Positions 9,659-18,635 of a DNA stretch of 64,000 nt are shown in pieces. A program made the position numbers and the translations under genes. Positions within the stretch are counted from its first letter, which is position 1, and each line of letters begins with the position of its first letter. A model generated the notes under the pieces. The model searched no databases, was not told where the DNA came from, and worked only from the letters and a program-made list of their open reading frames with translations. Origin of the DNA: Spirochaetia bacterium (lineage in GTDB: Bacteria > Spirochaetota > Spirochaetia > CAKZLE01); contig OY782041.1 in the NCBI GenBank assembly GCA_963677595.1, positions 2,688,001 through 2,752,000 of the forward strand, read 5' to 3'.

Positions 9659-10639
9659 ATGAGACGATATGGATTATTTCTGATACTGGTGCCGGTCCTG
9701 CTGGCCGGCTGCGTGATCGGGGGCTGTGATAGCCGGGTTGAGAAGCTCACCGTCATGTCCTGGAATGTTGAGAACCTCTTTGACGGGGACGTCGACGGGA
9801 ATGAGTATCCCGAATACGATCCTGCCCGCTCGGACTGGGGATATGCTGACTACCATGCCCGGTTGACGGTCCTCTCCGGGATCATCACCTCGATCGAACC
9901 GGACATCCTCCTCCTGCAGGAGATCGAGGGGGGCGATGTCCTGCGGGACCTCTGTGAGAGGACCTCCCTCCGGTATTATGCTGTCAGTGACGATTCCCGT
10001 TCTGCCATACAGACGGGGATACTCAGCCGCTTTCCCGTCAGGGAGGTCACCACCCACCGTCCGTATGACGGGAGCCGGTCGATGCTCAAGGCGGCTATCG
10101 ACGTAGGGGGAGAGCGGGTAGCCCTGCTGAATGCCCATTGGAGATCGAGGCGGGACGGGGCTGCGGAGAGTGAACCGTACAGGCTGCGGGCGTCCGTGCT
10201 TGCGAACCTCGTGATCTCCGATGAGCTTGCTGCCCACCCCGGCACCCTGCTCATCCTCGGCGGCGACCTGAACACCTCCGTACAGGATGCCCCGGCAGCC
10301 CCGGCGGCGATCGGGCTCGCAGCCGATGCGCTCCCCACTGGCCGGCTCACCGTGACTGGTGATCCTTCACAGGTCACTGGGCCTGTCCTCTATGATTTCC
10401 GGCAGGGAGAGGATGACCCCTGCGGCTCTTACTGGTATGACGGGGCGTGGTATGCCTTCGACCACCTCCTCTGCAGTGAGGGGGCTTACGATGGGAGGGG
10501 ACTGGAATTCGAGTATGCGGGAGTATATATGAAAGATGCCCTCGCAGATCCTGCGGGGCATCCTCTTCGGTATGACCGGTATCGTAAGCGGGGGATCTCC
10601 GACCACTTCCCGGTGGTCATGAGACTCTCCTCTGACTAG
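9659..10639 (+). CDS. Endonuclease/exonuclease/phosphatase family lipoprotein
   Basis: Lipobox LLAGC; SWNVENLFD, LLQE, GDLN, FDH and SDHFP motifs. Confidence 0.9.
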   Translation: MRRYGLFLILVPVLLAGCVIGGCDSRVEKLTVMSWNVENLFDGDVDGNEYPEYDPARSDWGYADYHARLTVLSGIITSIEPDILLLQEIEGGDVLRDLCERTSLRYYAVSDDSRSAIQTGILSRFPVREVTTHRPYDGSRSMLKAAIDVGGERVALLNAHWRSRRDGAAESEPYRLRASVLANLVISDELAAHPGTLLILGGDLNTSVQDAPAAPAAIGLAADALPTGRLTVTGDPSQVTGPVLYDFRQGEDDPCGSYWYDGAWYAFDHLLCSEGAYDGRGLEFEYAGVYMKDALADPAGHPLRYDRYRKRGISDHFPVVMRLSSD

Positions 10640-11277
10640 ATCATCTGGTTCTCTGCTATGTTGAGTTCGTAGAAGATCTGCTCGAGCTCGAGGGCGATGT
10701 TCACGTTATGGATGATGAGATTCTTGTTGTCCTCATCCTTCAAGGGTTTCAGGCCGATCGGGGTGAAGTTGAGGAATCCTCTGACCCCGGCATTCACCAG
10801 TCTCCTGAACACTTCAGCAGCCTCCTGTTCGGGGACGGTGATGATCGCGACCTGGATGCCTTTCTCCGTGATGACCTGCTCGAGCTGGTCGAGCGGGTAG
10901 ATGGGGATCGGGCACTCGTGGTCGTCGCATACATGGGTGTTGATGTCGAACCCTGCCACGATCTGGATCCCGTCGCTGGCGAACCCGCGGTAGCGCATGA
11001 GGGCACCCCCGATACGGCCGCAGCCCACGATGACCGCCTCCTGTGACTTGTCCTTCCCGAGGATCGCATCGAGGCTCGCGATGAGGTTGTCGATCTCATA
11101 GCCCCCGCGCTTCTGGCCGATGATCTTCAATAGCGAGAAGTCTTTCCTCACGACCGTGGCATTGACCCCTGCGGCATCACCGAGATTGTTCGCGAACACC
11201 CGTTCGAGACCGAGTGATTTCAGTTTGTGCAGTATCCTGTAATATTTAGTGATTCGTATGATCATATCGCTGTGCAT
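10636..11277 (-). CDS. rex: Redox-sensing transcriptional repressor Rex
   Basis: VRKDFS...GQKRGGY winged HTH; Rossmann motif VGCGRIGGAL; LNFTP. Start moved to ATG 11277. Confidence 0.93.
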   Translation of the reverse strand: MHSDMIIRITKYYRILHKLKSLGLERVFANNLGDAAGVNATVVRKDFSLLKIIGQKRGGYEIDNLIASLDAILGKDKSQEAVIVGCGRIGGALMRYRGFASDGIQIVAGFDINTHVCDDHECPIPIYPLDQLEQVITEKGIQVAIITVPEQEAAEVFRRLVNAGVRGFLNFTPIGLKPLKDEDNKNLIIHNVNIALELEQIFYELNIAENQMI

Positions 11278-11293
11278 AATAACCGCCTTTGAT

Positions 11294-11311
11294 AAGTGAA
11301 AGTGTTCACAT
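11294..11311. promoter_or_regulatory. Rex operator (ROP)
   Basis: AAGTGAAAGTGTTCACAT compared with the consensus TTGTGAA-N4-TTCACAA; it lies between the divergent rex and hydrogenase genes. Confidence 0.75.
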
Positions 11312-11442
11312 AAAACTATAATAAATAGTAAGAATAAAATCAACTAGTTTTTTTATATCAACTGAGAAGTTTTTTATTGAATAAATCAGGGAATTAATTT
11401 AAGATTGCCGAAACAATGACCTTTTTGGGATTCGGAGGTTCC

Positions 11443-11919
11443 ATGTCTGTTACAAACGATACTATCAAGTTTTCTGATGAACTCACCACGTTCATCATGG
11501 AGTGGAAAGAGAAACCCGGCAATCTGATCATGATCCTGCACAAGGTTCAAGAGGAATTCGGCTATATTCCTCGCGACGCTGCGGACAAGGTTGCCGAGAT
11601 GATCAGGGTACCCCTGGCGAAGATCTACGGGGTAATCACATTCTATCACTTCTTCAAGCTCACGAAGCCTGGCAAGTACAACATCCAGGTCTGTATGGGG
11701 ACTGCATGTTATCTGAAGGGTGGAGACGGACTCGTCGAGGAGATCGAGAGTCTTCTCGGGATCAAGACGAACGAAGTCACTGCTGATGGGAAGTTCTCCA
11801 TCGAGGCTGTTCGTTGTGTGGGATGCTGCGGGCTTGCCCCAGTGTTAGTCGTTGGTGAAGAGGTCTTCGGTAAAGTGACCAAGGACCAGCTTCCAGGGAT
11901 CATTTCCAAGTTCAACTGA
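11443..11919 (+). CDS. hndA: NuoE-like [2Fe-2S] subunit of the [FeFe]-hydrogenase (HndA/HydC)
   Basis: CMGTAC...CVGCCGLAP; SD GGAGG before ATG 11443. Confidence 0.92.
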   Translation: MSVTNDTIKFSDELTTFIMEWKEKPGNLIMILHKVQEEFGYIPRDAADKVAEMIRVPLAKIYGVITFYHFFKLTKPGKYNIQVCMGTACYLKGGDGLVEEIESLLGIKTNEVTADGKFSIEAVRCVGCCGLAPVLVVGEEVFGKVTKDQLPGIISKFN

Positions 11920-11926
11920 TCGTCAT

Positions 11927-12496
11927 ATGCACGAGTCGATCTGTGACTTCCTGCTGGATATCATCCAGAATGCCGTCGAGGCTGATGCAGCCGTCGTGAC
12001 GGTGCATGTGCAGGATACCAGCGAGACGGTCTCCTGCAGGGTGACCGATGACGGGAAGGGCATGGATGAATCGGAACTCGAGCGGATTCGGGATCCGTTC
12101 TACACCGACGGGGTGAAGCATTCACACCGGAAGGTGGGGCTGGGTATCCCGTTCCTCGAACAGGCTGTGGACCAGGCCGGGGGGATCATGTCGATCACTT
12201 CGGTGAAGGGCAGCGGGACGGAGATCTACTTCTCCTTTCCTGCAGGCCATATAGACACACCGCCTATGGGGGACACCGCATCGACGTTCTTTGCTGCGAT
12301 GACGTATCCTGGGGATTCCGAGATGCATATAGATTACAGCATCGTTCGGGATTCCACCTCAGACGGGTATGAACTGCACAGGGGGGAGCTCATAGAGATC
12401 CTCGGGGACCTGACCATGAGTCAGTCGCTGCTCCTGCTGCGGGACTACATACAGTCGCAGGATGATGGACTGGGAATTGACCGGAAGGACCGGTAG
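11927..12496 (+). CDS. Stand-alone HATPase_c (histidine kinase-like ATP-binding) protein
   Basis: N box (IIQNAVEA), DDGKGM, DPFYT, GLG and GSGT boxes; no HisKA domain visible. Confidence 0.85.
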   Translation: MHESICDFLLDIIQNAVEADAAVVTVHVQDTSETVSCRVTDDGKGMDESELERIRDPFYTDGVKHSHRKVGLGIPFLEQAVDQAGGIMSITSVKGSGTEIYFSFPAGHIDTPPMGDTASTFFAAMTYPGDSEMHIDYSIVRDSTSDGYELHRGELIEILGDLTMSQSLLLLRDYIQSQDDGLGIDRKDR

Positions 12497-12516
12497 AGAA
12501 GAAGGAGGCCAATCAA

Positions 12517-12918
12517 ATGGCAAAGATGACCCTGGAAGAGCTGAGAAAGCTTCGGGATGAGAAGAAGAAAGCGCTGAGCAAGCGTGATGTTGAAGGAAAG
12601 AATGCGCAGATCGTCGTAGGTATGGGAACCTGCGGGATCGCGGCCGGGGCAAAGGATGCCCTGGACGGGTTCCTGTCGGCGATCGATGAATTAGAGTTGG
12701 ATAACGTGGCGGTCACCCAGACCGGCTGCATGGGGCTCTGTTATGTGGAGCCAACCGTGGAGGTGATCGTTGAGGGCATGCCCAGCGTGATCTACGGGAA
12801 AGTAGATGGTGAAGTTGCTAAGAGGATCGTCAAGGAGCACATCGTGCACAAGCAGATGGTATCAGACCATGTGTTCGACCGACCGGCAGCCGATATCATC
12901 ACTGAGGGGGGCAGATAA
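12517..12918 (+). CDS. hndB: Thioredoxin-like [2Fe-2S] ferredoxin subunit (HndB/HydD)
   Basis: VGMGTCGIAAGA...TGCMGLCYVEP. Confidence 0.9.
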   Translation: MAKMTLEELRKLRDEKKKALSKRDVEGKNAQIVVGMGTCGIAAGAKDALDGFLSAIDELELDNVAVTQTGCMGLCYVEPTVEVIVEGMPSVIYGKVDGEVAKRIVKEHIVHKQMVSDHVFDRPAADIITEGGR

Positions 12919-14705
12919 TGGCAATTAGAAACTACATACTTATCTGCGGCGGAACCGGATGTGAATCAGCCCGTGCAGATGACATCTACAAGAACCTGAT
13001 CGCCGAGAGCGAGCAGCAGGGCGTCGCTGAAGAGGTCCAGATCGTCAAGACCGGGTGTTTCGGGTTCTGTGAGCAGGGACCGATCGTCAAGATCCTCCCG
13101 GAGGACTCCTTCTATGTACAGGTGAAGCCTGAGGATGCGAAGGAGCTGATCAGCGAACACGTCATCAAGGGCAGGGAAGTCAAGCGACTCCTCTACAACA
13201 AGAACGAAAGCAAGAAACATGCACAGATCGAGGACATCGAGTTCTACCAGAAGCAGTTCAGGATCGTCCTGCGAAACTGCGGGTTCATCAACCCGGAGAA
13301 TATCGATGAGTATATCGCACGTGAAGGCTATGCCGCACTCGAGAAGGTGCTCTTCGAGATGACCCCGGATGACATCATCGGGGAACTCAAGACTGCCGGC
13401 ATCAGGGGCCGGGGCGGTGCAGGTTTCCCGACCTGGATGAAGTGGAACTTCACCAAGCAGGTCGAGGGCGATGTGAAGTACGTCGTCTGTAACGCTGACG
13501 AGGGAGACCCGGGTGCATACATGGACCGGTCGACCCTCGAGGGTGACCCGCACTCGATCCTCGAGGCCATGACCATCGCAGGGTATACCTGCGGTGCCCA
13601 GAAAGGGTTCATCTACATTCGTGCTGAGTACCCCCTTGCGATCAAGAGACTCGAGATCGCCATGGATCAGGCACGGGAATACGGACTGCTCGGCGAGGAC
13701 ATCCTCGGCAGCGGGTTCAGCTTCGATATCGAGATCCGTCTCGGTGCCGGCGCCTTCGTCTGCGGCGAGGAGACAGCACTCCTTGCATCAATCGAGGGTG
13801 AGCGTGGTATGCCGAGACCAAGGCCACCCTTCCCTGCAGTGAAGGGACTCTGGGGCAAACCGACGGTCATCAACAACGTCGAGACCTGGGCGAACATCCC
13901 GGTCATCATCCTCAAGGGCGGCGAATGGTTCTCCAAGATCGGTACCGAGGACTCAAAGGGTACCAAGGTATTCGCACTCACCGGTAAGATCAGGAACTCC
14001 GGTCTCGTCGAGGTCCCGATGGGAACCACCCTCCGTGAGATCATCTACGACATCGGCGGTGGTATCGCAAACAACAAGGAGTTCAAGGCTGTCCAGACCG
14101 GCGGTCCTTCCGGCGGTGTGATCACCAAGGATCACCTCGATACCCCGATCGACTACGGCTCACTCATGGGACTCGGATCGATGATGGGTTCAGGCGGTAT
14201 GATCGTCATGGACGAGGATGACTGTATCGTCGACGTGACGAAGTTCTACCTCGGGTTCTCAGTCGATGAGTCCTGCGGTAAGTGTTCCCCCTGCCGAATT
14301 GGTGGACGGACGCTCTACAACCTTCTCGACAAGATCACCAAGGGTGACGGCGAGATGGAAGACATCGAGAAGATGAAGGAGATCGGCGCAGCCATGAAGA
14401 AGGCTTCCCTCTGCGGACTCGGCCAGACGGCACCGAACCCGATCCTCTCGACGATCAAGTACTTCGAGAAGGAGTACCTTGCCCATATCAAGGACAAGCG
14501 ATGCCCGGCTGGGAAGTGTAAGGACCTTATCTCCTACAACATCCTCGCTGACAAGTGTATCGGCTGTACGGCATGTGCAAGGAAGTGTCCGGTTGGCGCG
14601 ATCGAAGGTGAGAGACGTCAACTCCATAGAATCGATCCGAAGCTCTGTATCAAGTGCGGCGTCTGCCTTGAGACATGTAAGTTCGGAGCAGTCTTCGTCC
14701 GTTAG
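12918..14705 (+). CDS. hndC: NuoF-like FMN/NAD-binding subunit (HndC/HydB)
   Basis: GRGGAGFP, NADEGDPGAYMDR, GGPSGG and ESCGKCSPCR motifs; C-terminal 2x[4Fe-4S]. Confidence 0.95.
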   Translation: MAIRNYILICGGTGCESARADDIYKNLIAESEQQGVAEEVQIVKTGCFGFCEQGPIVKILPEDSFYVQVKPEDAKELISEHVIKGREVKRLLYNKNESKKHAQIEDIEFYQKQFRIVLRNCGFINPENIDEYIAREGYAALEKVLFEMTPDDIIGELKTAGIRGRGGAGFPTWMKWNFTKQVEGDVKYVVCNADEGDPGAYMDRSTLEGDPHSILEAMTIAGYTCGAQKGFIYIRAEYPLAIKRLEIAMDQAREYGLLGEDILGSGFSFDIEIRLGAGAFVCGEETALLASIEGERGMPRPRPPFPAVKGLWGKPTVINNVETWANIPVIILKGGEWFSKIGTEDSKGTKVFALTGKIRNSGLVEVPMGTTLREIIYDIGGGIANNKEFKAVQTGGPSGGVITKDHLDTPIDYGSLMGLGSMMGSGGMIVMDEDDCIVDVTKFYLGFSVDESCGKCSPCRIGGRTLYNLLDKITKGDGEMEDIEKMKEIGAAMKKASLCGLGQTAPNPILSTIKYFEKEYLAHIKDKRCPAGKCKDLISYNILADKCIGCTACARKCPVGAIEGERRQLHRIDPKLCIKCGVCLETCKFGAVFVR

Positions 14706-14731
14706 GGCGGGGCTGACCAAGGAGGAAACAG

Positions 14732-16483
14732 TTGAGTACTGTACATATGAAAATAAACGGTAACCCGGTAGAGGTGCCTGCAGACTACACCCTGCTCGCG
14801 GCTGCCAAGATGGTTAATGTGAATATCCCGACGCTCTGCTATCACCCGGACCTGCCTGCATGGGCTGCATGCGGAATCTGTGTGGTGAAGCTCGAGAACT
14901 CACCCAAGATGGTCCGTGCATGTGCGACCCCGGTCGCAGAGGGGATGAGCATCATCACCCACGATCCCGAACTGCACCAGATCAGGAAGACGGTCATCGA
15001 GCTGATCCTGTCGACTCACCCCAACTCCTGTCTTACCTGCGGTCGAAACGGCTCCTGTGAGCTGCAGAGACTCGCTGCTGAGTTCGGTGTTCGTGAGCAG
15101 CCCTATGAGATCAGGCTGAAGGACCTCCCGAAGGATGAGTCCACCCCCTCGATCGTCCTCAACCCTGAGAAGTGCATCAACTGCGGCCGGTGTGCCCAGG
15201 TATGCCAGCAACTCCAGGGTGTATGGGCCCTCGAGTTCGTCGGAAGGGGAGAGGATACCATCATCGCCCCGGCTGCGAACCTGGAACTTGACGACAGCCC
15301 GTGTATCAAGTGCGGCCAGTGTTCAGCGCACTGCCCGGTCGGTGCCATCTTCGAGAAGGACCAGACGAGGAACTTCCTCAATGCCGTCAACGACGAGTCC
15401 AAGCACGTGGTCGTCCAGATCGCCCCTGCCGTCCGTGTCGCGATCGGTGAAGGGTTCGAGACTGAACCCGGCTGCGTCTGCACCCCGAAGATCTACGCTG
15501 CCATCAGGCGCCTCGGTGCCGATGCGGTATTCGATACCAACTTCGCTGCAGACCTCACCATCATGGAAGAGGGCTCAGAGCTCGTTCAGCGATTGACCGA
15601 AGGCTCAGGACCGCTGCCCCAGATCACCAGCTGCTGCCCCGCATGGACCGACTACATGGAGAAATACTACTACGACTTCATCCCCAACTTCTCCACTGCC
15701 AAGTCACCGATGATGATGCAGGGTGCGCTTACCAAGACCTACTATGCCGAGAAGGCCGGGGTAGACCCGAAAGATATCTTCTCCGTTGCCATCATGCCCT
15801 GTACCGCCAAGAAGTACGAGATCACCCGTGATGACAACATGTATGCATCAGGCCAGCAGGATGTCGACCTCGTGCTCACCACGAGGGAGCTCACCCGACT
15901 GATCAAGGCTTCAGGCATCGATTTCGCACACCTCCCGGCAGAAGAGGCTGACAGTCCCATCGGGAAGTACGCAGGTGCCGGTACTATCTTCGGGAACACC
16001 GGAGGGGTCATGGAGGCTGCCGTCCGAACCGCCTACGCACTGGTCGTCGGCAAGGAGATGGATGACTACAACATCGAGGTCGTTCGTGGTATGGATGGTG
16101 TCAAGCGCGGGTCAGTGGACTTCAACGGGACTGAGATCAAGGTCGCCGTTGCCCACGGTATGGCTAACGTCAAGGAACTCCTTGATGAGGTCAGGGTCGC
16201 ACGTGATGCGGGCCAGGAGCCGCCGTACCACTTCATCGAGGTCATGGCATGCCGGGGCGGATGTATCGCCGGAGGCGGGCAGCCCTACGCTACCACTGAT
16301 GAGATCAGGGAGCGAAGGATCGCGGGACTCTACAAGGATGATGTGAACGCCATCGTGCGATGTTCACACCAGAACCCTGAGATCCAGCAGGTCTATGCCG
16401 AGTTCCTCGGCAAGCCGCTGAGCGAGAAGTCTCACCACCTGCTCCACACTACCTACCAGGCAAGGCCGCTCTACAAGAAATAG
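14732..16483 (+). CDS. hndD: [FeFe]-hydrogenase catalytic subunit (HndD/HydA, group A3-like)
   Basis: H-cluster motifs TSCCPAW, MPCTAKKYE and EVMACRGGCIAGGG; N-terminal Fe-S domains; TTG start after SD AAGGAGG. Confidence 0.96.
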   Translation: MSTVHMKINGNPVEVPADYTLLAAAKMVNVNIPTLCYHPDLPAWAACGICVVKLENSPKMVRACATPVAEGMSIITHDPELHQIRKTVIELILSTHPNSCLTCGRNGSCELQRLAAEFGVREQPYEIRLKDLPKDESTPSIVLNPEKCINCGRCAQVCQQLQGVWALEFVGRGEDTIIAPAANLELDDSPCIKCGQCSAHCPVGAIFEKDQTRNFLNAVNDESKHVVVQIAPAVRVAIGEGFETEPGCVCTPKIYAAIRRLGADAVFDTNFAADLTIMEEGSELVQRLTEGSGPLPQITSCCPAWTDYMEKYYYDFIPNFSTAKSPMMMQGALTKTYYAEKAGVDPKDIFSVAIMPCTAKKYEITRDDNMYASGQQDVDLVLTTRELTRLIKASGIDFAHLPAEEADSPIGKYAGAGTIFGNTGGVMEAAVRTAYALVVGKEMDDYNIEVVRGMDGVKRGSVDFNGTEIKVAVAHGMANVKELLDEVRVARDAGQEPPYHFIEVMACRGGCIAGGGQPYATTDEIRERRIAGLYKDDVNAIVRCSHQNPEIQQVYAEFLGKPLSEKSHHLLHTTYQARPLYKK

Positions 16484-16504
16484 GCTCAACGTATAGGGAA
16501 TACT

Positions 16505-16545
16505 CTCAGCCGCTGTCCATACCGGGCAGCGGCTGAGTTATATAT
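16505..16545 (+). terminator. Hairpin/terminator after the hydrogenase operon
   Basis: CTCAGCCGCTGTCC-atacc-GGGCAGCGGCTGAG, followed by an AT-rich tail. Confidence 0.7.
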
Positions 16546-16620
16546 GTGTATAGTGTAAAATCGTCAGTTTTTTCCCCTCACCAGCCGCTAAATCTGGTAT
16601 ATTAGTATCAGGAGGCAAGC

Positions 16621-17952
16621 ATGGCCAGGAATGATCAGTTCAAGAAGACCTTCGTGATCGACACCAATGTGTTCATCCACAGATCAGATGCTATCCTCTC
16701 CTTCAAGGAGAGCGAGATCGTCATACCCCTCTGGGTACTCGAGGAGCTCGATAAGCTCAAGTCCTTCTCCGATGAGCGTGGGCGCAACGCCCGTCATGCG
16801 ATCAGGTTCATCGAGGAGCGGGCCAAGAAGGGGTCCCTCTCCGACGGGGTGCGGATCGAGAACGGTTCCCTGCTTCGCGTCGAGATGGATTTCGACCGGA
16901 AGTATGCCAATGAACTGGCCCTCGACCGGAACGACAACAAGATCATCATCTGCGCGCTGACCCTGCAGGGGAAGAGCGCCTGGGAGAAGAGCGGCCGGGA
17001 GGTCTTCTTCGTCTCGAAGGATATCAACGCGCGGGTCAAGGCACGGGCCCTCGGGCTCCATGCAGTGGATTATGAGAAGCAGAAGGCTTCGATGTCTACC
17101 CTCTACTCCGGCTATAAGGAAGCCTCCATCACCTTCGAGCATGCTGAGAAGTTCAGGATGGACGGGTCCATGCCCTGGCCTGAGGAGCTGGTCAGGAACC
17201 AGTTCGTCCTCTTCGAGGTATCGGACAACCATGAGATGACCGTCCTCGGACGGTATGACAAGGATCTCGAGATGCTCAGGTACGTCGAACCCCATATCGA
17301 GGGGATCTCCGGCATCCATGCCCTGAACCCCCAGCAGCAGATGGCGTTCGACCTCCTGCTCGATGACTCGATCTCCCTGGTGACCCTGGTCGGCAAGGCC
17401 GGGACGGGCAAGACACTCCTTGCCCTGGCTGCCGGGTTCAAGAAGATCTTTGACGCGAAGTCGTATTCGAAGATGCTTGCGAGCCGTCCGGTTATGCCGC
17501 TCGGGAAGGATATCGGGTTCCTGCCGGGGGACAAGGAGGAGAAGCTCTCGCACTGGATGAAACCCCTCTATGACAACATGGAGCTGATCGTCTCGCAGAA
17601 CTCGCGGCCCGAGTTCAAGAGCGTCGATTCCCTCCTGAAGAGCAATAAGATCGAGATTGAGGCGATCACCTACATCAGGGGACGGTCGCTGCCGAAGCAG
17701 TATATCATCGTGGACGAGGCGCAGAATCTCTCGCCCCATGAGATCAAGACGATCGTCAGCCGTGCAGGGAAGGAGACGAAGGTCGTCATGACCGGGGATC
17801 CCTACCAGATCGACAGCCCCTACCTCGACAGTGACTCGAATGGCCTGACCTACCTGGTAGAGTCCTTCAAGGACCAGCAGCTCTTCGGGCACGTCACGCT
17901 GGCGAAGTCAGAGCGGAGCATCCTTGCCGAGCTCGCCGCGGAGCTGCTGTGA
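16621..17952 (+). CDS. PIN-PhoH fusion protein (PhoH2/YlaK-like)
   Basis: PIN motifs IDTNV, EELD, NDNKI and SKDINARVKA; PhoH motifs GKAGTGKT, IGFLPG, RGRS, DEAQN and GDPYQID. Confidence 0.93.
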   Translation: MARNDQFKKTFVIDTNVFIHRSDAILSFKESEIVIPLWVLEELDKLKSFSDERGRNARHAIRFIEERAKKGSLSDGVRIENGSLLRVEMDFDRKYANELALDRNDNKIIICALTLQGKSAWEKSGREVFFVSKDINARVKARALGLHAVDYEKQKASMSTLYSGYKEASITFEHAEKFRMDGSMPWPEELVRNQFVLFEVSDNHEMTVLGRYDKDLEMLRYVEPHIEGISGIHALNPQQQMAFDLLLDDSISLVTLVGKAGTGKTLLALAAGFKKIFDAKSYSKMLASRPVMPLGKDIGFLPGDKEEKLSHWMKPLYDNMELIVSQNSRPEFKSVDSLLKSNKIEIEAITYIRGRSLPKQYIIVDEAQNLSPHEIKTIVSRAGKETKVVMTGDPYQIDSPYLDSDSNGLTYLVESFKDQQLFGHVTLAKSERSILAELAAELL

Positions 17953-18635
17953 TGGAGGTGTTCTTCCTTGATCTCGTCAGATGCCCGCTCTTCTCCCATT
18001 TCACGGCGAAAGAGCTCTCAACCTTGCTCACCCCTGACCTCTATACCATAGAGACCTATGAGAAGGGGGAGATCGTGCGGCTGCAGGGAACGCGGTATGA
18101 GTCGCTCATGGTGCTGCTCAAGGGAAAGCTCAATGCACGCTTCCACGAGTACTCAGGGAAGACCATGCTCGTGGAGACCCTCTCCGCACCGGATCCCATC
18201 GCGGTCGGGGTCCTCTTCTCGGATGTGAACTACCTCCCGGTGACCACCGAGGCTGACGGCAGCGTGAAGATCATCACCATCAGGAAGAAGGGGATCATCA
18301 AACTGTTCCAGGCCAATGAGGAGATGCTCCTGAGCTTCCTGCGGGAGGCCGGGTCGAAGGTCGTATTCCTCGCTGAGAAGGTCAGGCTCTCGAGCATGGC
18401 GAGCCTTAGGCAGAAGATATCGGACTACCTGCTCCGCATGCGGGACCAGTTCAATGCCAATGAGTTCACCATCCCCTACAACCGCGAGAAGATGGCGGAA
18501 CTCCTCGGGGCAGCGAGACCCTCGCTCTCTCGCGAGCTGTCGAAGATGACAGACGAGGGTCTCATCGAGGTCTCCGGACGCGATATTCGCATCCTGCAGC
18601 CCGAAGAGCTGCAGGAGATGCTCGAATCCCTATAG
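17949..18635 (+). CDS. Crp/Fnr family transcriptional regulator
   Basis: cNMP-binding-like N-terminal domain; HTH REKMAELLGAARPSLSRELSKM. Confidence 0.9.
   Translation: MMEVFFLDLVRCPLFSHFTAKELSTLLTPDLYTIETYEKGEIVRLQGTRYESLMVLLKGKLNARFHEYSGKTMLVETLSAPDPIAVGVLFSDVNYLPVTTEADGSVKIITIRKKGIIKLFQANEEMLLSFLREAGSKVVFLAEKVRLSSMASLRQKISDYLLRMRDQFNANEFTIPYNREKMAELLGAARPSLSRELSKMTDEGLIEVSGRDIRILQPEELQEMLESL

Noticed and set aside
16621-17952. PIN domain as a toxin-antitoxin or defence system
   Set aside because: It is the widespread PIN-PhoH fusion, and no antitoxin ORF is evident in the short upstream gap.
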